From Tubiluchus corallicola (taxonomy: Eukaryota > Animalia > Priapulida): 64,000 bases of DNA. Below are positions 1 through 13,725 of the stretch, piece after piece. The notes beneath the pieces are model-generated. The model was not told the DNA's origin, ran no database searches, and saw only the letters and a program-made list of their open reading frames with translations. Location: the NCBI GenBank assembly GCA_030141605.1, contig JAQGDQ010001050.1, positions 3,720-67,719 of the forward strand, written 5' to 3'. Position 1 is the first letter of the stretch. Each line of letters opens with the position of its first letter. A program made the position numbers and the translations under genes.

Positions 1-2299
1 ATCGCAGGATTTTTTTAATTCATTTTCACTATTCCTGTCATTAAGAATTAATATGTCACAGGAAATGCATATCAAACATTTAGCCTTGTAACATTAATTA
101 GAATATCTGCATTTTAATGCGGAAGCTTGCGAATTTAATCTTATCTGCCTAAAGTACTGGGCGGCTTGTTTGGAATGTAAGATAAACACAATAATATTGC
201 TATTGTGATGAATTTCCTATTACTTTATTGCCCTTTCGAATTAGCTGCTGTATTATGTAACGTGCACTGCAAAAAACAGCTTAAATGAATGATTCATGTA
301 AAAAATTCAATTTTATTACATGTACATTTTATTAATAATTATTCATTAATAAAAAATAATATTTCTCTGGCTAATTTTAATACACCGCTCAACGCAAGCG
401 AGAATTAGTGGATTCAACACACTTTACTAAGCGATCATCGTTTTGGCAATTGAAGCCATTATCAAGCCAAAAAGAAGAATAAATAATACATTAATGACAC
501 AAAGGCACGGAATGAAACTATGAAACTACAAAACAACAGTTCGGAATTTAACTTATCAAAATAAACTAGACTGCAACCAAAGAAGTAAACATGTTGATTC
601 TTAGAACTGCAGCTCTTTCGTGTACAGAGTGGATTCTGTTAGCAAACGAAAGTAGAACATTCTGCGCCATCTATAGGAAAAAATTGACGTTTACCAAAAA
701 TTACATGAAAACTATACGCAGATTAACACAATTTAGACTCTAAAGTAAGACACTTTAAGCAAGTAGAAAGTAAAGAGCAAAATTTAAACAATGCAGTTGT
801 AATGACAGATACAAACAGTCTATTGTATTGCTAAACATACAATGTAATAATAAGACGCAAAGGCCAGCGGTGGGTGATTGGGATAGCTTCAACTCTGCAT
901 TTAGCATTTTATATACTGTAATGTTCAACATCTCAAGATAGCAGGAGGTCTTCTTATGCATTACGAAGCACCGTCCAATTCTTAATACGCAACTGTCATC
1001 GGTGGTATCTTGTCGCAAATCTATCTGTCTCTGTATTTTGAAATTAGTTTGACTATGTTCCTCAAGTGAAATCATGGGCGCTGGCACGCGGACGCACGTG
1101 CGTCCACAGATTTCTTACGGCTAAATAAAATTTTTTAGCAGTAAAACCAAGACGCACATCAACTCCTTGTTTGTTTGCGCAATCCCCGAGCAGTAAGCCG
1201 ATTTGCATAGTGAAGTTATATTTATGTATGTCACTTACATGGTGTCGATTCTCCTATTGTTTAGACAATTTTTAGCTAACTGTAACTGCACTTCTGCATT
1301 TAGGGGGTGGGCCCAAGGGGTCAGCCCCTCCCCTTTCACGGTAGTAGTGAAATTATTAGCCACGAGTTTGAGGTGATATAATGAGTTTTAAACTAGTGAA
1401 CTTGCCCGAGGAAATAGCTTCTAGCAATTGATTCTGATACTAATTACACAGACACAACTTTCATCTACCCCTCGCCCCTGACTTCATAAAACGATTAAAA
1501 TGAAAATTTGAAAAAAAATTATGTAATGTAATACGTGTTGTTAGTTTTGTAATGTCAAATGTATAAATAGTGTAAATGTAATGAGTGAAATTTATGTAAT
1601 GTAAAGTTTGTTTCTGTTAATTGTGTCATGTCAAATGTATATATAGTGTAAAATATGTCATGTAAAATTTAATGTACTTTTGTAATATTGTTTTGTGAAA
1701 AATATTTTAATGTGGTGTTAGTAAATATGTTCATTTATTGTATATAATTAGGCCTTAGTTTTGCACTTTAGTTTTTTTTTAGTCTGCACTGGACGCATTT
1801 GTCTTGAACAGTGTTATTATTTTAATATTACGCTGAGGCTTACTCAATTTTATTATAATGAGTGAACCATTTTAATGACAAATAAAGAATTAATATAAAT
1901 ATATATATAATTGTTTACCTCATAGACATTTGTCTCATAGACATTTTTATTTATCTCCTCATTTACACCAGAATACAAGTAGACTATTATTGTTATAGTT
2001 AATTATTATAAAGGGTAAATTATGCATAAAGGAAAGAGTTAGGGGGTGTAGGAAAAAGGGTAGCGCAAGACCAATTGGTCATCAAGGCAGCTACCCTTCT
2101 CAGGTTAGTTAACTTGTGAAAAATTTGTAGCACTGCTAATTAAAAGGTGTAATATAGTTATGAAGTAGGTTAGCAAAATCAACTGTTAGCATAAATTTAT
2201 GGGGAAATAAATTAAACAAAATAGCAAAATAACTAAATAGACTAGGCAACAAAGAAGCATTAAAATAAAATGAAAAAATGTTCTCGTGTTAGGTAAAAT

Positions 2300-2976
2300 T
2301 TTACACATTTTTCTGCAATTTCTGCCATTACAACTTCGTTTATTTTGATGAGTTAAATTCTAATCTGTTGTTTTGTAGTTTCAATTTGTGCCTTTGTACC
2401 ACTAATCTCTCCTGTTTCTCTATAAATATATCAACAATATTAATTTTCGTTTCAAAAACAATAAGCTTCCACTTCTTAAATACCCCAGTATGAATAACAG
2501 AACAATTTAAGAAACATTAGAACGAACAATCAATATGGAAAGAATTCCATTACTAAACAAGCAATACAACTTTGGAATTCATTACCGACATCACTAAAAC
2601 ACAGCAGCTCTTTATCAATATTCAAGTTTAAATTAAAAAAAAACATTTAATGACTCGTTTTAAATATCCGACATACGAACACGATGATACTCACTCAAAT
2701 CATAATTTTATTTTTCCTAGACCTTACTAAACTAGTTTAAATTTTCTTTTTAAATTTCTAGTTGCACTTATAGTTTAGATTGCACCATAATTTCATTTTT
2801 CCTAGACCTTACTAAACTAGTTTATATTTTGTTTTTGAAATTCTAGTTGCGCTTATAGTTCAGCTTGCACCAGACATATTTGTCCAGAACAGTGTATGTT
2901 TTTTATATGAACTAACATTGATTGTCTGTCTTTTATTATGATGGTCAATGTTTTTAAAAGGGCAAATAAAAATTTT
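2300..2976 (+). mobile_element. LINE 3' end (ORF2 C-terminus and 3' UTR) ending at the microsatellite
   Basis: ~2510-2645 translates RTNNQYGKNSITKQAIQLWNSLPTSLKHSSSLSIFKFKLKK, the typical WNSLP...FK.KLK terminus; 86-bp duplication at 2701-2870; a related 3' UTR piece at ~1785-1890. Confidence 0.7.
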
Positions 2977-3187
<211 letters not shown>

Positions 3188-4539
3188 ACTAATGTAGTAT
3201 TTGTTCTTCTTTTGGCTCATTTATAATTTGATAATAGCTATGGTAGCCGAAACGAGCGTTGCTCAATAAACACGTTGATTCCTAGAAGCTGACTATCTCA
3301 TGTATTCAATAATAAGACTTTCATTAATTATATATCACAGAATCATTTATTTCAATTGTTTGAAATAACAATGATAGGTATTAGTAATATACATTATAGG
3401 AAAAACATTTCACAAATCTAAAATTGCTTTAGTACAAACTCTCACATTCATAACATTCATATTTTAACTATACATTTTAAGAGCTCTAACAAATCTTTGG
3501 TAACTAACAGTAATTACAAACCCGAACTAAATTCTAACACATAAGAATTGTTTACTAATTAAATCGGATCAGTAGAATGGAATGAATTGTTTTCCGTGAG
3601 GTGTACAATGGTATGAATCCAATTATAAAGGTATAAAGATGATGCAAAGGAGAGCCACGAAGGATCAGGACAAGAACACTAGAGATGATATGCAGAGATA
3701 TCTGAAAAATAAAGATTTTTATATGTGACTCACTTTCATAAACAACCCACAAATTAATGAATGTTATTAAATTTTTATTAGAAAAATTCTTGACAATATA
3801 TGCAGTAGAAATGCTGAATTTTTAAAATGAAAATATTTTTATATAGTACGTTCTCTATAGTGCTATTAAATTATTCTAAAATTACAAAACTATATGATAG
3901 ATGTGGTAATGTTATTATGGTTACATTTTAGACAAAGTAGAGCTATCTTTTTCACGTAAAAATAAATCTTAGATTCAAATTTCAGTTAAGCTCAAGAATG
4001 GTAGGATAGCAAAAGTACAAAGATGGCCGGAAATGTCTTAAAGGCACAGAAGAGACAGACAGTACATGATTGTAAAATATGATACAAAGATGTGTATATG
4101 CAGTTGAACGTAAGGTACTAAATATGTTTACATTTACTAAACACTTTCGCCGGTACAAAATCACCAATAAACAAATTTAAATGCAAATAGTAAAAGTAAT
4201 GGACATGAATCCACCCCACCAACATTTTGCCATAGCAGTGGAGTAGCTAATAGTGGAGCAACCACTCCTCCCCGAGAACATTTTCTCAGGTGGCGCCTTT
4301 TCAACTATTCTTTTAACTTTTTAGTTCACTTGAGCAATAAAAGTAGAGTATTTTTTTGTTTTTCTAATCCCACAACTTTAGAAGAATTTTCTAGAGTCGT
4401 TACTTTAATTATGTACTTCTTTAAAACTGTATTTTTTCCATGTTTTGATTTCAAACACAAATGTATAATAAATGCATTAAAAATGTTTGGCAAATGTGTA
4501 ATGGCGCCCTTTTAAGTGATTGCTCCCCCTAACTGTAGA

Positions 4540-4929
4540 CAGGGCCTATTTCAGGCTAAGCGAGGAGGCCCGGGGAAGTGGGGACTGTGAGGCCCCCTCG
4601 GGGGGGGGGGGGGTCACCACCATAGTTGACGCCCAGAACATTTTTGAACTGCTAGAATGCCAGAGCAGCATTTTCGAAGAGAAAATATGGAGTTATACAG
4701 TTGTTAAGGGAAAGAACAATTGAAAGAAAAACTGCTTTATTCTCAAGACCAGTCCTTAATACTTGTCAATACTGGCAATACTGGCATGCGGCAAGAGACA
4801 GAGAGGGGAGAGAGGAGGCAGTCTGCTCGCATAAAGCCAAAAAATGTTACCTTGGCGCGAGGCCCCCTGGAGGGTGAGGCGCTGGGGAAGTATCCCCACT
4901 TCCCCCCCCCCCCCCTGAAATAGGCCCTG
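4540..4929. mobile_element. hAT-type MITE with perfect 8-bp TSD, nested in another hAT-like element (~4237-4954)
   Basis: TIR CAGGGCCTATTTCAGG / CCTGAAATAGGCCCTG; TSD ACTGTAGA at 4532-4539 and 4930-4937; host ends CAGTGGAGTAGC...GTACGCCACTG. Confidence 0.9.
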
Positions 4930-6714
4930 ACTGTAGAACCTGAGTACGCCACTGTACCTTAAAATGATCGGAACCCGTAGGATTATTTTGCAGGTGTCCC
5001 GAAATGTATAAGTTATGCTACTGGTGTGAAATATACAATTTATCTTAACATACTAGCCTAGGGCCAGTTACACAAAGCCGTCACTAAGTTAAAAACGTTG
5101 TTAAGTTAGTGATGTCTTTGTGAAACTGGATCTAAGTTTTTGTTTAACAAAACACGGCAGGATCTGAATAACAATGGATTATCAATATAAATTATTATAT
5201 TCCAAAGATGTATTAAAATATATGAATTTCCACAGATAACACGTGGAAAACAACGAAGTACATGTCGAAAAACCATGATATTGGATATACTATACCAATA
5301 AAGACAAAATGTTCAGAAACGTTCGTAATTAACATTCTAATAATCTTCACGGTCAAAATTAAGGTCAAGGTCACTTGCGTTACAGACAAAGTTAGAGTTA
5401 AGATAAACGTATCGCTAAAGGCACACATATACAGAGGCTTTTGTATATCAGAAATTGTTTAGGTAACAACTATGAAATAACAACACCTCGAATAAAACTG
5501 TTTTGCAATTTCAATTGCACACAGACATCACAAAAACATTTTCCTAAATATTTATATTACTAGTAAAGAACAAAGATAATTAAATACTCAAATTACAACA
5601 CGATCACTGCACACTTGTTTTTTTACGCAAAACTGGCGAGCTTCCAAAAAATGAACCAAAATCTAAATGACAACAATCGATAGGTAGAAAATAGCAGGAA
5701 AAAATAGTCAGAGGCACTTCATATTTAAAGCTTAGTTCATGTACGCAAGATATTCATTATAATTATTGCAAATGTTATCAGTGCTGTGCAGTCGGTACAT
5801 TAAACTCCTGACTCTGGGTCCGGACTCTGCCTCCTAAAATTTTAGATCCAACTTCGACTCCTGCCTTTAAGTAATAGTTGTAGTACTCTCAATACTTAGC
5901 TACAGTGGCATTTCATCACTAGTTCTTATTCTTGAAAAACAGTCTAGCTGCATAGACACCGATACGGAAGCTTCCCAAATGCGACGTTATGCATAAATGT
6001 GTTAAAAGTAACTGGAGTTTGAGTTTGTCTATTTATTACCAACTCCCCTAACAATGAGTGTACTCCCGAGTCCCGACTCAAAAACCCTAAGTACTAACAA
6101 CTCTGATTTCAACTCCTTTAGCAGTAAATTTACTGCCCATTCCAACTCTGACTTCACGACTCCCGACTTCACAACTCTAAATTTTATTAATACGAACGTC
6201 TGCGAACCTAATTATAAGTAATATTCGATAAATCGTAAGAAAATCTGATCTTTAAAAGTTAGAAATACAGCATTCATGAAGTAAGCCATTATAAAACAGT
6301 TGTACAGTAGTGTGTATTGAGTTGCGAGTGCAAAAAAAGTACTTTTATGTCAACTCCTGTAATAATTTCTGCTTTTCTTGGATGTTTTGCGCTATAAATC
6401 TTTAATCAAAAGGCTCAGAAACAGAAAAATTAAGAGTTCAGTTTTTCAACACAAGGGGGACGAAATTGCCAAAATGTCCGCCCAAGAAACTTTCAATAAC
6501 TCCGGGGCAGATATTTTAAAACTGTCACAGAATAAAAGAAGAGAGAATCATATACTATTAATCTAAATTGCTGTTTTTCAAAATTTATGGTACATGGCAT
6601 TTCCATACTATTCCACCCAGTATCATTTAAAGCACAAGAAAACCCTTCACTTACTTAAGCCTAAAAAATTTGTCTTGATATTTTGTACCACTTAACGCAC
6701 TGCCTTTTTGTACA

Positions 6715-7085
6715 CAGGGCTCGCGTCAGCAGTAACACTGTATAAAACTTTTAAATTTAAACTCCTGCGATGACTGTTAGATGCAGCCATTTTGACGATA
6801 AGTCTTTTGAAACAAATTTAGATAACACTGAATAAAGTTTGAAAAGATAATCAGAGCATTCGTAGCACACCTGTTACTAACTAAATGAAGTGTTTAATTA
6901 CTGCATCTTGTCAATAAGATTAAAATTACATTTTTTGGTTTGTGAGTGGCGCACCCTGGAGAGTGAGTCAGTGACATTTTATCAATTATTATTTTTAGTT
7001 GCATAAATCTTTCCAGCAGTTAAGCGAAATGTTAAGTAATATAGATTTGCATGGAAAGTTGTTTGGGACATAATTTAACATTCCC
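6715..7085 (+). repeat. Dispersed repeat family C (CAGGGCT start); copies at ~8384-8750 and ~43332-43870
   Basis: Shared CAGGGCT...CAGTAACACT...AAATTTAAACTCC...GCAGCCATT...GAAACAA.TTTAG.TAACACT. Confidence 0.8.
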
Positions 7086-7540
7086 TTTTTCCCCCTGATT
7101 ATGTGTATATGACTTCATGTAATGGCGCCGTCAGTACAGTATTGCGGGAGATTTAAAATGAAAACAAACAAAAAATCATTTCAACGTACAATGTACGCAT
7201 TAAATTGCTATAAAGTAATATAATTTTTGTGAAACCTATTTTAGCACCCCTTTTCTTCAGGTTACCTTTTTCTTGTCCTTTAAATAAATACCTGGCGGTC
7301 TTCTGTTCCGAGACAAACTATAACTATGCTTACACTACATTAGTAAAGAAACATGCACTGATAAGGCACAAGACAGTTATCTAAGGTGACTTGAATTTCA
7401 AATATGTAAATTTACTCTTCGTAAATCACGTGAAGCATTTCAGTAAATTAATACAAAAAATAGATCACACACAATAAAAATATATACGCCCATCCGAAGC
7501 AGTATTCTTCTTAATTTATCCATGCTTACATAGAGCAAAG

Positions 7541-10500
7541 TTACCAAATCGTAGCGCCACCGTCGGATCCTCCAGTCATAAAATTGCCAGGTTTCTGCGT
7601 GACGACGACATTGTGTCCCTGCATGGCAGCTAATTGGGCAGCATTGGGAGCAATCCCAGGTGGTGGCGGCTGCAACAATAACAACTGTTATCGTACTACC
7701 ATAGACAATAAATCTAATACTCTGACTTACTTTAAAGCACAAGAAAAAGTTGTTCATATACCATATACAGTGCCTCTTAATAGCCTCAGGGTTAATAGAC
7801 TCAATTGCTTAATTGAATGAAAAATGCCTAGTAGGGGCCGCTTCTTTTCAAATGTACATAAAAACTGTTGGTAATTGACTCAAATAACTCCGCATAATTG
7901 ACTCCATATTTTTCCTTCACGTACTTAAAATAACACATTTTATTGTGTTATTAACACAAATAACACAAGTAATAACATATGCCCAAAGAGCCTTTCCTAC
8001 TTTTAGGTCATCTTGTGCACTATAATATATGTGGAAACAATCATGTTAATTACCGTTTTGTTTGTAAACATGTACGCTTATCATGTGCTAATACACTAGT
8101 GTAGCGATTTTGCTTTGAATCTGTTAACTGCCCACTGTTACCAAAAGAATTTCTGGGGGAGCTAAACATTTAATCACTTGCCTAGCGGTTTCCTTCTGAT
8201 GCTCTCATTGCAAATCACGCTTTCACGCTTAAATAGTTAACAGTCAAAGATGCAGGTGCAGTAATCAGCTAGTATTCCTTGTGACTTACAAGAGTAAACA
8301 TCATATAGCAAATAAGGGCATATCATAGAGTTAAGAAGTTTGAAAAACTGGAGCTCAAGCACATCAAGAGCTTGTGTACCATGCAGGGCTTGCGTTTGCA
8401 GTAACACTGTATAGAACTTCAAAATTTAAACTCCCATGATGACCATTAGGTGCAGCCATTCATTTGAAACAAGTTTAGGTAACACTGCATAAAGCTTACA
8501 AAATGACCAGAGAATTCGTAACACACTCTTCCCCAACTGAGCAAAAGTTTAAATTACTTTATATTGTCAATAAGATAAATAACGTGATTTTGGTGAATCA
8601 GTGGTGCACACTGGGATAGTGACACAGTGGTGCACACTGGGATAGCGATGCAGTGCTGTTTTACCAGGTGGCATGAATACTTTAAATTACTAAGAATTTT
8701 CTTTTCCAATTACGTAAGTCTTTAAAACAGCTATGCATAATGCTAAGTAATTTAACTTCATACACGGGTCATTCTCTACAGAACGCGCAAAACAGATGTG
8801 AAAAAATCTGGTAATGACTGGAAAGACGTTCTCAAAATTACTCTGCCCTGTCATTAATAAGGCTGTAAACTGGGGACATAGGAAAAACTTTCACAGGAAC
8901 TGATTTCAGCTTCAGTAGAAATGTCTAAATCACTTTTCTGGCAACAAATTCAACTGGAATAAGTCTCTTTGTTTGGTGTCTACCAGTCATGAGACAGTAT
9001 CACACCAGAAACTTTGTTATTTAAAAAAATTATCCTGGGACAAAAATTGTACGTTCTGTGGAGAATGACCCATATAATTTTTTTGAGACACTTTAACATT
9101 GCGCATTCTTTCCCTTTAAATGTGAGCAGACCTGGCTGTTTCACAGATTACGCTCAACCTCCTAAAAGCCCTTCATCCTTTATCCAGTTATTCTCAGGTA
9201 TTGTAAAATAGAATGCCAAAGAGCCGTGCTTACCGGAATGTTTGCCCTAGCTGCCCCATCGAACCTTGCTCCAGCATCGAAACCTCCCTGGTGGACGACG
9301 GTCACATTCTGCGGCGGAGGAGGCGGTTGCTAGAAAAGAGATACTACTCTAGAATATGAGTATCAGGGATGAGAAAAAACAAATTGCAAAAAAACTCTGA
9401 AACAGGTCGGAGGTTTGGGGGCCGCGTAGGCCCCCATGGGGGTTCAAGGGGGGCAAAACCCCCTCGGAGCCAGCAACAAATTGCAATTTTGTGACCATAG
9501 AGAGCCTCTAAGTGGACTTAAAATATCAGTTACCTTGTTTCATGCATAATTTAAAATACCCATCTAACAAGGATACATGATACCTAATTTTCTCAAAAAC
9601 ACCTAAGTACTGGCCACTCTTATGCAAAAGTATATAAAAACAGTCTGCAATTGACTCAAATAACTTGCGGTCTACTGCCAAGTTTGTGAAATAATGTACA
9701 GGGTCCGTACAAACTTTCTCAACGAATTTACGCGGTTTACAAAAATGGCACTACTGGTCTTCCAAAAACTCGGAATTCCGCGTATCCGCGGAAAATTCTC
9801 ATCCCTGTCACTTACAGTTGTGTTGAAGTATGTGGTAAATTTGCAATAAACAGTAAAATAGTGGGATTTTGTAAAGAATATCTTTATTGACAAACAAAAG
9901 ATATTTATAAACGATAACCATTCTAGTTTATTTAAAGAATTTGCAATACGTTTACTTCGGGCTATATAAATGTCGCTGAAATATATTACGAGTAAAAAAC
10001 ATTCAAGACAGGCGCAGGCGAGACAGAAGCGTGGGTTCGTTTCAACAGGGCCCCATAATTTCGTTAGCCTAGTGGTACCAAAAGTCATAATGTGGCCCTG
10101 AAACATGGCCAACTAGGAGAGAAAATGAAAGTCAGCCATTAGAAGAGCACTAAAAAACCAACTGAACTGTTTAAATCACTTTTCATCATAATATATTTTT
10201 TGTCACTTGTCTAAATTAATCTATAATTAGCAAAGGCCCCGCAAAAAATTTTGTGTATAAATGCACTTATAATCAATAATATGAGAATGGCCGAAAATGG
10301 AACCTCTAACCAACTAGTCGCTACTCCTCTTGGTGGAAGCATCCTAAAATGTAACCCACATCATCGTGTAGCCCTGTTTTTCCTCTTTCTAAAGAGCTAC
10401 ATGTATTTATATATATCCCTTCCGAGAATTCCGAAAAAAATCACGAGTTGGGTCCGAGACAATGCCTAATACTGGCTCTCCTACGAATTCTAAATATACC

Positions 10501-13500
10501 TACTACACCCGTTGTTGAACGGGTGATGTAACCATTACCAGCACCCCCCATCCATTTGCGATTTCTAGAAATAAAAGGTACAAGTTCCAGGGGTCACTTG
10601 CTGCATTGGTTAGCTTCTTATTTATCTGGACGTAGTCAACAAGTAGTTAGAAGGTTTCATCACATTCTTTGTCCCTGGCTGATGGGGTCCTTCAGGGCTT
10701 TATTCTGGGCCCTCTTTCGTTCCTTGTCTACGTAAATGACGTTACTCATAGTACACAGTGTGACACGCACTTTTTTGCCGATGATACTTCCATAATGGAT
10801 ACAGACACAGAACTGGTAGATTCTGCATTGTGTCTAAATTCTGACCTAGAGACCTTGCAGCAGCACTTGGCTGATAGATGGTGTTACCTTTAATCCACAC
10901 AGGTTTTTGTTAACTTAATCATGATTTATACCTCAGAAAATGTAGAAATTACGATTGGTCGCTGGTATTACCTAGTTGTCAATGTGTTCTTTTTATAAAA
11001 CAGTTGATCATTACTTAATTAGCTGCTCTTTTTACCACCAGACCAGACAATATTTACAAATCTCTACACCCTTTTTTCAACTTTTAAAATCAATGTCTAC
11101 CAGACCCTAAGTAATTATGTGAACAATCAAATTTTTGTATTAGTGCAGTCTTTCATTTCCAACAATAAAAGCTTCTATGGTATTAACTGTTGCTCTTTGT
11201 TACATAGTAATGTTCATAAATACTACAACATTTCTTGTACATTATGGTCACCATTGTTCTGCATATGTCTCTAGCAATTCGTTCCCCACTAGAGGAGAAC
11301 TGTCTGTTTCAAACCTAGTTGTTACATTTTTAATAAACTTATGTTTAAATCAAATAAATGAATTTACCAACGAGTACGGTGGTGGAGGTTCCATTGATCC
11401 TCCCGGTGGTGCATAGGCTTGCAGTGGATATCCTTGCTGTGGAGGATAACCTTGTTGTGGAGCATAACCTTGTTGTGGAGCATAACCTTGTTGTGGAGCA
11501 TAGCCTGAATAAGTTGCTTGTTGTGGATAGCCTTGTTGTTGAGGTGGCTTAGCTATAAAAAGACCATATCAATCTATTCTTGCCAAAAAGCAGATATCAA
11601 TCTATTCTTGCACTTCATATAATAAACAATTGTCTAGCTAAGTAGAATAGTTTTTTCACTAGAATAAATGCGCTTCAATCTTATGATTATAACAAGTAAA
11701 TTACAATAAATGGAAATTTTCCATTTGGTTTGCACTACACAGCACAACAAAATTTACTGGTGGTATTTACATTATCCAATACAAAGTGAATCACAATTCC
11801 AGAACAAAGAAAATAAAAAATAAGAAGAGAGATGAAAAAGCTGCCAGTGCTCAATAGAAAAGATTAGGCAGTTAAGTCGCGGAAAAGTTGTCAGTATGTT
11901 CATATACCACATGCTTTTATGGTTGCAAAAATATTTGCTATAAAATAAAAGTGAAAACACTTCAATGAAAAGATTTCTCAAACTGACTTTTTTCGAACAT
12001 ACATTGTCTTCAATCTCAGGTTTGAACGGCAGTACAATTTAGTCATCAGCTATATGGTTCATAAAAGTTTCTTCAAAAACTTGGGTCAAGAATGAAATTA
12101 AGATTCTTTTATTTGATTTTTAAGCCACTTAGTATTTGATAAAAACACAGAGGTGTTTAATGTGCTAGAGAAAGGCATGACAAATTGTAACTTCTGTCCA
12201 CATTTAAACTGCTCAAAAGAGCCTGCCCGAGCTTTTGCAACATCAAAACGTTGGAAATTCAGGAAATGGAATGTTAGTCATGGCTAAAGATGCAAAATGA
12301 ACTCACACACTCACAACTTCCCAGCGTTGGCTCATGGATAAAATTAGTGGGAGTGCTGCTTCAGAAAATTTTTAGGTATTGTTTTAATACTGTGTAAAAC
12401 GAAACTTGTAATTTTAATGTTGTAATTTTAAACAAAAAAAACATACAAAAATTTACACATAAACTTGATAACATCCTAAACAAAAAATATCGTTTGCTTA
12501 CGAATAGCCTAAATTGTCACAGTTCAAGAATATGCCGGTGCACAGCTTTTAAGCACGTGACAACTGACAACATACACTGCGTGAGCGACAGTACTTCTTC
12601 TACCTAAAATGCGCAGCGTCTTATCTCAGACGTGTACATGGCCATATGTGCACAACAGCCAAACACCACATTACTGTGAGCGCACTATGTTGGGCTATAA
12701 AGCAAACAGTACTACCCTCACGTGATCTGGTTCCTTACGAGTATAAAGAAAGAACTAAAGAAAAGACTAATTATAATTGAACATTATCGATAATATTGAG
12801 TGAAAATAGGAGGTGCTGCAGTTCCACAGTACCCATACATGAGCCGCCACTACAACTTTCAGTATCGTATATAATGTACTCATTATACGTTAAAAGAGAT
12901 GTTAACTTCAGACACAGGTGGTGTTAAATAAAAATTATTCTACTTAAATAATAGTCAGAGTTCCAAGCCATAAGTTAATAAAATTATGCATAGGTTTCAA
13001 AAATAAGTGCAGGGTGGTATAACAAGCTCAAGCTGAAAGTTCAAAACAAGGAAATATATTGTGCTAAAGTTAAATACACTTATGTCTCGGTTTGTTGGAC
13101 AAAAATAGGGAGACACTGGCCCTAATTTGCCAATTTTCCACATTTACCGATAGTAAGTTAAATATTGTATTATTGGCGCCATGTATTAGATTCGTGGTAA
13201 GGTAGAATCACTCACCTAAATTTCTCAAAAAACGTCTAGTACGGGCCGCTCCTATGCAAAACTATATAAAACCTGTCGGCATTTGACTCAAATAACACTG
13301 CATAGCTGACTATATTTTTACATATAGAGATATACACGTGGTTACACTGATGTAGTGACACACAAAGTAATGGCCCACCAACTAGCGGTCAGCTCGCGAA
13401 ACAGCGGAATGCGTCTGTAGTATTCGGGACATTTTAAGGGTCCAAAATTTGTCCGATTCTTCCGATATCCGTAAAAGCGAGGTCCGGCAAACCGAGATGA

Positions 13501-13725
13501 GCGTATTGTCAAAAGTAGGTTAATTAATGAAAAATAAAGTAGACAGACGACATCTATAATTACTGCACAGTCAAGTTATACCACAGCATGCATGCAACAT
13601 ATGTTAGTGTTTTGTGCAGTGATACTAGCTACCATGTCCATGCGCTCAGTGCAGTAAACATTTAAGCAAAAAAACTGACCTGGAACATAAATATGTGTTT
13701 GTGCTTTTGGTGGAGAGTTTCCCAT
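7541..13725 (-). CDS. DAZAP2: DAZ-associated protein 2 homologue, proline-rich PY-motif protein, ~151 aa
   Basis: Minus-strand exons: 13725-13680 ([15 protein letters not shown], least certain), 11552-11368 (GYAPQQ repeats, EPPPPYSL), 9329-9234 ([15 protein letters not shown]), 7669-7541 ([42 protein letters not shown]). GT-AG introns, phases 1/0/0. The C-terminus matches the DAZAP2 signature as I recall it (PNAAQLAVMQGANVLVTQRKGNFFMGGSDGGYTIW). Confidence 0.9.
8761..9076. mobile_element. TA-flanked Tc1/mariner-like MITE
   Basis: TACACGGGTCATTCTCTACAGAACG ... CGTTCTGTGGAGAATGACCCATATA. Confidence 0.8.
9364..9807 (+). mobile_element. MITE family B copy 1 (CAGGGATGAGAA TIR, hAT-like)
   Basis: CAGGGATGAGAA ... 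TTCTCATCCCTG; reverse orientation relative to copies 2 and 3. Confidence 0.88.
10565..10900 (+). mobile_element. Degraded non-LTR retrotransposon reverse-transcriptase fragment (CR1/L2 group)
   Basis: [19 protein letters not shown]...FFADDT...LNSDL corresponds to the RT QG/YADD motifs; preceded by [13 protein letters not shown] in another frame. Confidence 0.85.
13075..13505 (+). mobile_element. MITE family A copy 1 (TA-CACTCATATCTCGGTTTGC TIR)
   Basis: TIR pair and internal sequence shared with four other copies. Confidence 0.85.

Noticed and set aside
755-1087. 110-aa ORF and other short intergenic or intronic ORFs in the track
   Set aside because: No recognisable domain, codon signal or splice context.
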